In this document: piece by piece, positions 58,247-64,000 of the stretch
Layout: the number at the start of each line of letters is the position of its first letter
Numbering within the stretch: position 1 is the first letter of the stretch
Assembly (NCBI GenBank): GCA_026393855.1
Contig: JAPKZJ010000071.1
Coordinates: 12,567 to 76,566 of the forward strand
DNA length: 64,000 nt
Direction: 5' to 3'
Source of the DNA: Candidatus Aminicenantes bacterium
Lineage (GTDB): Bacteria > Acidobacteriota > Aminicenantia > Aminicenantales > UBA4085
Notes under the pieces: generated by a model
What the model was told of the DNA's origin: nothing
The model's input: the letters and a program-made list of their open reading frames with translations, nothing else
The model's database searches: none
Made by a program: the position numbers and the translations under genes

Positions 58247-59917
58247 TCACATCCGCCCGGCCCGCGACAGGGCCGTCAGCTCGGGCCGTCCCAAGACGCG
58301 GCGGCGGCCCGTCCCCTGTTCCACGACGACCGCCCGATCCGTGCAGGAGAAGCAGGGATCGATGCTGCCGACGATGATCGGGAAGTCGGCGAACTGGTTG
58401 TCGAGAAGCATCCGCGGGACGCCTTGCAGGTTATTGTAAGTCGGGGCTCGGACGCGCCAGCGCTCGGGCCGGTTCTCTTCCCCGGTGATGACATAGTGAA
58501 CCGACTCGCCGCGCGGCGCCTCGACCATGGACAGGCCGTGGCGGTAGGCGGGAAGCGCCTCGAGCGGCTCGGCCAGGATCGGCCCGGCCGGCATCTTGTC
58601 CAAGGCCTGGCGCATGATCTTGACGGACTCGAAAACCTCCAGGAGGCGGACGAGGACGGTGCCCCAGACGTCGCACGAATCGGCCGTCGGGACGTCGAAG
58701 GCCAGCTCGTCATAGGCCGCGTAGGGATGGTCGCGGCGGGCGTCGATGTCGATGCCCCGGGCCCGGGCCACCGGCCCAAGCAGACCCCAGAGGACGGCCT
58801 CGGCCTTGGGCATGTGGCCGACGCCCTTGGTCCGTTTATGGATGGACGAGTCCTTCAGGACGGCGGCCTTGAGGCCCAGGACCTCGGTCTCGACCGTCTT
58901 GAGGACCGACCGGATATCCGCGGCCGTCTCCGGCGAGATGTCCCGCCGGACGCCGCCCAGGACGACCATGCCGTAGGTCTTGCGGTTGCCCGTGATCCGC
59001 TCGGACAGCCACATGACCGGCTCGCGGACACGCCAGGCGTGCATGAAGATGGTGTCGAAGCCGATCAGGTGGCCGGCGACACCGAGCCAGAGAAGATGGG
59101 AGTGGATCCGCTCCAGCTCCAGCATCAGAACCCGGATAAACTCGGCCCGGCGCGGCACCGGCAGCCCGGCCGCCTCCTCCACCGCCTGGGCGTAAGCCGT
59201 GGCGTGGACCGAGCCGCAGATGCCGCAAATCCGTTCGGCCACGAAAGGGATCTCGTTGTAGCTGACTTGCGTCTGGCACAACTTCTCGATCCCGCGGTGA
59301 GTCATGAACCCGCGGTAGTCGCAGCCCTTGATCGTCTCGCCGTCCACATAGACGGCGAAATGGGCCGGCTCGTGCAGGCTGGTATGGAACGGACCGACCG
59401 GGACCGTCGTCGTCCCGGGAGGGGCCTCGTCCAGCTCATAGGCGACATCCTCGGCCGAAGGCGGAACGAGGTTGTACGGCACGTCTTTGCGCAAAGGGTA
59501 GATCCCGTCCGGCCAGTCGTCGGCGAGGATGAGCTTCTTGGGCTTGGGATGGCCGGGGAATCGGAAGCCGAGCAGGTCCCTGTACTCGCGCTCGGTCCAG
59601 CCCGCCGCCGGGATATCGGGGGTGATCGAGGGGAATTCGGGGGCTTCGGCCGGGGCCGAGGAACAGACGGCGACCGCGAACCCGTCTCTGTCGAAGGCGA
59701 ACAGATGGATGATGCCGAAGCCTGCGCCGCGGGCCCGATCGTCGGTGCCGACGCCGACTTGATAGCGGCCGCCTTCCGCGATCAGTCGACGGGCGATCTC
59801 GGGCAAGCGAGCCCGGTCGATGTCGACGAGCAGGCGCTTGGGGGCGGCGGGATCGGGACCGGCGAGAGCGGCGCCGAACTCGGCCTGAAGTGTGCAGAGA
59901 AGCGTCTCTTGAGTCAT
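58247..59917 (-). CDS. hycE: Group-4 [NiFe]-hydrogenase large subunit (NuoC-NuoD fusion, HycE-like)
   Basis: N-terminal Ni-binding RICGICGSVH and C-terminal DPCFSCTDR motifs. N-terminal NuoC-like domain. The ATG at 59917 is preceded by AAGGAATGAG. Confidence 0.85.
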   Translation of the reverse strand: MTQETLLCTLQAEFGAALAGPDPAAPKRLLVDIDRARLPEIARRLIAEGGRYQVGVGTDDRARGAGFGIIHLFAFDRDGFAVAVCSSAPAEAPEFPSITPDIPAAGWTEREYRDLLGFRFPGHPKPKKLILADDWPDGIYPLRKDVPYNLVPPSAEDVAYELDEAPPGTTTVPVGPFHTSLHEPAHFAVYVDGETIKGCDYRGFMTHRGIEKLCQTQVSYNEIPFVAERICGICGSVHATAYAQAVEEAAGLPVPRRAEFIRVLMLELERIHSHLLWLGVAGHLIGFDTIFMHAWRVREPVMWLSERITGNRKTYGMVVLGGVRRDISPETAADIRSVLKTVETEVLGLKAAVLKDSSIHKRTKGVGHMPKAEAVLWGLLGPVARARGIDIDARRDHPYAAYDELAFDVPTADSCDVWGTVLVRLLEVFESVKIMRQALDKMPAGPILAEPLEALPAYRHGLSMVEAPRGESVHYVITGEENRPERWRVRAPTYNNLQGVPRMLLDNQFADFPIIVGSIDPCFSCTDRAVVVEQGTGRRRVLGRPELTALSRAGRM

Positions 59918-59921
59918 AGGC

Positions 59922-61784
59922 TCATTCCTTGGGTCCCATCCGGCCGCCGGTCCAGCGAAACAGGTCTTTAAGGGAGGCAAACATCCCGCGGTCGGTGAAG
60001 CGAGTCCGTTCGTCGAGGGACCGGTAGCCGCAGAGCCAGGTCGGCACGGCCCGTTCGCGGCTGCCGGCCGAGCGACGAAGCCACGCCCCGAGAGCCAGGG
60101 CGGCCAAGAGGAGCCCCAGGACGAGGGGCGGCGAGAAGGCCGCGCTCACCGCCGGCCCGAGGAGCTTGCCGATCCTGAGCCCGGACACGGAGGCGTCAAG
60201 GACGCGGTTCCAGCCGCCGGACTGGAAAAGCCAGCCCAGGGCGAAGCCGGGCGAATTCACCAGCGCGCCGGCGATGAACCGGACGAAAAGGAAAGGCAGA
60301 AGGCCCTGGGCCAGACAGATCGCGGCTAATCCGATCTTGGCCGCCAGCATCGAGCCGGGGACTTCATGGATGGGCTTGGGGGCGTACGCCTCGGCGCCGG
60401 AGGCGGTGAAGGCCAGGCCGAAGAATTTGACATAGCAGGCCAGGGTGACGGCGCTGGTGAAGAGGGCGACGATACCGAAGGGGACTAGCATGACCCAGCC
60501 TTGGCCGGCCAGCAGGGTCGAGGCGATGATCGTCCACTTGCTGGCGAAGCCGCTGCCCGGCGGCATCCCGGCGATCGCCAGCGAGGCCACCGCGGCCAGG
60601 ACAGTACTCACCGGCATCCAACGGACCAGTCCGCCCAGCCGATTGAGGTCTTTGGTCCCGGTGGCGTAAAAAAGGCTTCCGCCGGTCAGGAACAGCAAGC
60701 CTTTGAAGATGGCGTGATTGAGGACATGGCAAAGGGCTCCCAGGACGGCCACGGCGGCTAATCCTATCAGGGCCGGTTCTTCGGCGGCCGAGAGATAGAG
60801 AGCCGCGCCCAGGCCCAACACGATGTAGCCGATCTGGCCGATCGAGCTATAGGCCAGGAGGCGCTTGGCGTCGCTCTGCTTGACCGATTGAAGCGTCCCT
60901 ATAAACAGCGTCGCCGCTCCGATCGTCGCCAGAATCGCGCCCCACGGCCGCGGGTCGAAGCCCGAGCCGGCTCCGGGGGCCAGGAAGAAGAAAGTCCGAA
61001 TCAGCCCGAAAATGCCCGTCTTGAGCATGACGCCGGAGAGGAGCGCCGAGACGGGGGAAGGGGCCACGGAGTGTGCGTCCGGCAGCCAAAGCTGGCCGAG
61101 AGGAAAAACGCCGGCTTTGAGCCCGAACCCGAGAAGAAGAAGCGCCAGCGCTCCCGCCAGGACAGTCGGGCTCGCGGTCCCCGCCTTTATTCCCAGCTCG
61201 TGGAGCGAATCCCCCGCCCGCCCGCCCAATAGGAAGCCGGCCGCCACGATCAAGGCCCAAGCCAGTTCCATCAGCAGGAGATAGCGGTTCGCAACCCGGA
61301 TATTGGTCCTCTCCTTGTATTCGAACCGGATCAGCAGGAACGAGGCGATGGTCATGATCTGCCAAGCCAGGCTGAACCCGATTGAGAGATCGTCGATCGT
61401 CACTAGGGCGGCCAGGCCCAGGATGAAGAGGGGCAGCCGGAAATAATATCCGCGCAGGCTATAGCCGGCATAATGGTCCATGTAGCGGACCGAATAGAGG
61501 GCGGCGGCGGCGGAGACGATCCCGATCACGACGAGAAAGAGACCGGCCAGGCCGTCGATGAGGAAAGGGACGGCGAACGGCCCGATCCGGACCAGCACGG
61601 CTTCCTCCATGCCGCCGCCGACGGCGGCCCGGAGGCCGGTCCAGACCAGAAACGCAGCCGCCTCGGCGGCCAGGGCAAAGTGCAGCCAGCCGGTGAACCG
61701 GCGGGCCCGGGCCGTTGCCGCCGACAGGACGGCGGCGGCGGCCAGAAGAAGGAAGGCCAGGAAGAGCGGCGTCAGGAGTCTCAT
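59922..61784 (-). CDS. hycC: Antiporter-like membrane subunit (NuoL/MnhA/HycC-HyfB family)
   Basis: 620 aa, ~16 TM. Conserved ...WLPDAHSVAPSPVSALLSGVMLKTGIFGLIR... proton-translocation block. The start overlaps the upstream stop (ATGA). Confidence 0.8.
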   Translation of the reverse strand: MRLLTPLFLAFLLLAAAAVLSAATARARRFTGWLHFALAAEAAAFLVWTGLRAAVGGGMEEAVLVRIGPFAVPFLIDGLAGLFLVVIGIVSAAAALYSVRYMDHYAGYSLRGYYFRLPLFILGLAALVTIDDLSIGFSLAWQIMTIASFLLIRFEYKERTNIRVANRYLLLMELAWALIVAAGFLLGGRAGDSLHELGIKAGTASPTVLAGALALLLLGFGLKAGVFPLGQLWLPDAHSVAPSPVSALLSGVMLKTGIFGLIRTFFFLAPGAGSGFDPRPWGAILATIGAATLFIGTLQSVKQSDAKRLLAYSSIGQIGYIVLGLGAALYLSAAEEPALIGLAAVAVLGALCHVLNHAIFKGLLFLTGGSLFYATGTKDLNRLGGLVRWMPVSTVLAAVASLAIAGMPPGSGFASKWTIIASTLLAGQGWVMLVPFGIVALFTSAVTLACYVKFFGLAFTASGAEAYAPKPIHEVPGSMLAAKIGLAAICLAQGLLPFLFVRFIAGALVNSPGFALGWLFQSGGWNRVLDASVSGLRIGKLLGPAVSAAFSPPLVLGLLLAALALGAWLRRSAGSRERAVPTWLCGYRSLDERTRFTDRGMFASLKDLFRWTGGRMGPKE

Positions 61785-62626
61785 CAGATCTGCTCCCCTA
61801 GCGTCTTGATCTGCTTATAGGTGTAGACAGGGCCGTCGGTACAGACCAGGGTCCGGCCGATGGCGCAGTGCTGGCATTTGCCGAGGCCGCACTTCATATG
61901 GCGCTCAAGCGTCGAGATAATGCAATCGTCCCGGAGGCCGCGGCCGGAGAGCTCCTGGATGACGGCGTTGAACATGATCGGGGGGCCGCAGACAAAAGCC
62001 ACGGTGTTCTCCACCGGGACCTTGGCCTTCTCGATCAGGGTGTGGACGAAGCCCGTCTCCCCCGTCCAGCCGGGTTCGGGCCGGTCGATCGTGACATAGG
62101 TCTCGAATCCCGCAGTCCCGCGCCAGCCCTCGATCGTCTCCCGGTACATCAGGTCCTTGGGCGCCCGAGCGCCGTAAAGAAGGATCAAGCGGCCGAACTC
62201 GGCCCGGTGCCGGAGGACGTGGACGATGGACGAGCGCAACGGGATGAGGCCGATCCCGCCGGCGACATAGATGATTGACTTGCCTTTGATGTCCTCGAAC
62301 GGGAAACCGTTGCCGAAGGGTCCGCGGATGCCGATCTTGTCGCCGACAACGAGGCCGGCCAAAGCACCGGTGACCTTGCCCACGGACCGCACTGAGAGGT
62401 GCCGCCGATCGGCCTCGGGGCTCCAGGGCAGCGAAACGGCGAACTCGCCCGACCCGAAGACGGTGCACATGACGAATTGCCCGGAGCGGACGGCGAAGGT
62501 CCTCTCCAGCTCGGGGTCCTCGAACCGGAAGTAGTAGGTCCGGACGTCCTCGATCTCGTCCCGGATCTCCTCGATCACGGCTGCGGCCGGGACGGTCGTG
62601 ATGACGGCGGGGTTGCGGTCGTTCAT
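61784..62626 (-). CDS. FAD/NAD(P)H-binding oxidoreductase with C-terminal 2Fe-2S cluster (sulfhydrogenase gamma HydG / AsrB-like)
   Basis: FNR-like fold motifs (RTYYFRF, GGIGLIPL) and C-terminal CGLGKCQHCAIGRTLVCTDGPV. Likely ATG at 62626 (MNDRNPAVITTV). Confidence 0.7.
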   Translation of the reverse strand: MNDRNPAVITTVPAAAVIEEIRDEIEDVRTYYFRFEDPELERTFAVRSGQFVMCTVFGSGEFAVSLPWSPEADRRHLSVRSVGKVTGALAGLVVGDKIGIRGPFGNGFPFEDIKGKSIIYVAGGIGLIPLRSSIVHVLRHRAEFGRLILLYGARAPKDLMYRETIEGWRGTAGFETYVTIDRPEPGWTGETGFVHTLIEKAKVPVENTVAFVCGPPIMFNAVIQELSGRGLRDDCIISTLERHMKCGLGKCQHCAIGRTLVCTDGPVYTYKQIKTLGEQI

Positions 62627-63693
62627 GGCTTCGATCCCGTGGTTTCCCGGCGGATGGCGGTGACGACGTTGGGCAGGCCGATATCGCCCGGACAGACCCG
62701 GGCGCAGCGGCCGCAGCCGACGCACCCCGGCCGGAGGTACTTTTTGGACTGGGAATAGGACAGCTTGCAAAAGAAACGCTTGTTGCGGCGGTCTTCAACC
62801 GGCCGCCGGGGATTGTGCTCGCCGGCCATGCGCGCATAGCCCTCGAAGGAGCACGAGTCCCAGGTCCGCAGGCGGTCGGTCGGCCCGGCTTGGGTTGCGA
62901 CATCCTCGATGTTGAAACAGGAGCAGGAGGGGCAGACGAAAGAGCAGGCCCCGCACTCGAAGCACTGCCGGCCGATGTATTCCCAGGTCTCGGGCTTGAC
63001 GAATCCCGTGGTCAGGCGGTTCACGGCCCGCGAGATCCAGGCTTTGTTTTCGACCGCCTGCCCGTCGAAGAGGCCGATGGAATGATTGACCGCGGCGTCG
63101 CGGGCCGCCGCATCGGCCGGGCCGGCGGCAGCCAGCCCCAGCTCGACGGCCAGGGCGGCGCCCTTCTCGCTGCCCGTCTCGAAGAGATAGGCGGATCCGA
63201 GGTCCGTTAGATTGACGTCATATCCTTCGGCGGCGTAGGGGCCGCTGTCCGTGCAGACGCAGAAGCATTGGACGAAGGGCCGGACGCAGGTGTTGGTCAC
63301 GATCAGCATCTTGCGGCGGTGGTCGCGATAAACTTCATCGACGTATTCCTGGCCCAGGAAGAAGCGGTCGAAGCAGAGCAGGCCGTTCAGGTCGCAGGAC
63401 CGGACGCCGACCAGGGCCTTGGGCCGGACGAGGTCGTCCCGGACGATGTCCAGGTCCTTGCTGTCCCGGTCGTAGCGGAAGGACAAGATCCGTTCCAGGT
63501 GCGGGAAGACGGTGAATTTGGGCGTGTTGACGGGGATGGGCGCGTCCAGCCGGAGGTCTTCCGGCGAGGCGGCCCGGTCGAAGAGCGTCTCACCGGAGAC
63601 CGGGTCGACGATCGGGCCGAACAGCTCGTACCGATCGGCGAGCGTCCGCAGCAGCATTGGGAGATCGGACTTGGGCAGGATGTACATGCTCAC
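62623..63693 (-). CDS. 4Fe-4S dicluster protein (sulfhydrogenase beta HydB / AsrA-like)
   Basis: Cys clusters CFECGACSFVCPSCSC and CVGCGRCARVCP plus FVQCFCVCTDSG. 356 aa. Overlaps both neighbours. Confidence 0.7.
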   Translation of the reverse strand: MSMYILPKSDLPMLLRTLADRYELFGPIVDPVSGETLFDRAASPEDLRLDAPIPVNTPKFTVFPHLERILSFRYDRDSKDLDIVRDDLVRPKALVGVRSCDLNGLLCFDRFFLGQEYVDEVYRDHRRKMLIVTNTCVRPFVQCFCVCTDSGPYAAEGYDVNLTDLGSAYLFETGSEKGAALAVELGLAAAGPADAAARDAAVNHSIGLFDGQAVENKAWISRAVNRLTTGFVKPETWEYIGRQCFECGACSFVCPSCSCFNIEDVATQAGPTDRLRTWDSCSFEGYARMAGEHNPRRPVEDRRNKRFFCKLSYSQSKKYLRPGCVGCGRCARVCPGDIGLPNVVTAIRRETTGSKP

Positions 63694-64000
63694 ACCTTCT
63701 CGATTCGGACGGGAATGACGCCGTCTTCCCCGCGCTCGACGGCCCCCGCTTCGGGCTTGAGAAAGCCCTCGATCATCGGCCCGATGAAATAGGGAGCGTA
63801 GACCATGCCGGGCAGGACGTCGGTCGTCACCCGGGCTTGGACGGTCATGCTTCCGCGGGCCGAAACGACTTTGACCGGCCGCTTGTCGCGCAGGCCAAGC
63901 CGGGCGGCGTCGCCGGGGTGAATCTCGACCAATCCTTGAGGATATAGGAGAAGCAAGGCGTTGTACTCCCGGCGCGGGATGAACGTCTTCTTCATGATGT
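63690..64000 (-). CDS. Molybdopterin oxidoreductase C-terminal (MopB_CT) domain, probably the formate dehydrogenase H (FdhF)-like catalytic subunit; 5' part outside the window
   Basis: LVEIHPGDAARLGLRDKRPVKVVSARGSMTVQARVTTDVLPGMVYAP is the typical molybdopterin-dinucleotide-binding C-terminal barrel. The frame is open to the window edge. Confidence 0.6.
   Translation of the reverse strand, partial: IMKKTFIPRREYNALLLLYPQGLVEIHPGDAARLGLRDKRPVKVVSARGSMTVQARVTTDVLPGMVYAPYFIGPMIEGFLKPEAGAVERGEDGVIPVRIEKV

Overview
This window is a high-GC (~65-70%), gene-dense segment of a bacterial chromosome. The organism is a diderm: the window encodes TolC, several beta-barrel OMPs and Tat/Sec-exported enzymes. 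The lineage is probably uncultivated and I cannot assign it from sequence alone. I support about 45 protein-coding genes and no rRNA, tRNA or CRISPR array.

Genes, in order along the window:
- a partial MFS transporter;
- Tex;
- an NAD-linked formate dehydrogenase pair: a Cys-type molybdopterin alpha subunit and a NuoE/NuoF-like beta subunit. A MobB/MobA fusion gene lies divergent to it;
- a BlaI/BlaR1-type repressor/sensor-protease pair with an AT-rich operator region;
- an alpha-glucan phosphorylase;
- an exported carbohydrate-oxidation operon: Gfo/Idh/MocA, a PmoA-like DUF protein, and a Tat-exported enolase-superfamily enzyme;
- a tightly packed 4-gene operon: two secreted caspase-like (C14) proteases, an OMP-like protein and a secreted unknown protein. 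A ~2000-aa alpha-2-macroglobulin (thioester CAEQ) converges on this operon from the opposite strand;
- an M29-like aminopeptidase;
- a large glycoside hydrolase;
- a 7-gene translationally coupled efflux operon: TetR, HlyD, ABC ATPase, TolC, ABC ATPase, and two ABC-2 permeases;
- a HAD hydrolase, an ATP-grasp D-Ala-D-Ala-ligase-like enzyme and an HExxH Zn-metallopeptidase;
- a Tat-exported GH127;
- two tandem paralogous OMPs;
- a three-gene two-component module;
- a formate-hydrogenlyase-like group-4 [NiFe]-hydrogenase operon: HycG, F, D, E, C, plus HydG/AsrB-like and HydB/AsrA-like subunits and a partial FdhF-like subunit at the window edge.

The most unusual sequence-level signal is a family of six intergenic repeats, 285-410 bp each, one of them truncated. 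They share conserved modules and imperfect ~20-bp terminal inverted repeats (TCTCCCATCTCCGGGAAA / TTTCCCGGAGATGGGAGA). Three copies carry a 75-nt core with 100% identity that contains two AAG-loop hairpins. The flanks are AT-rich. This fits a MITE-like mobile element or a structured RNA family.

The caspase/OMP/A2M locus is the best candidate for an undescribed cell-envelope proteolytic system.
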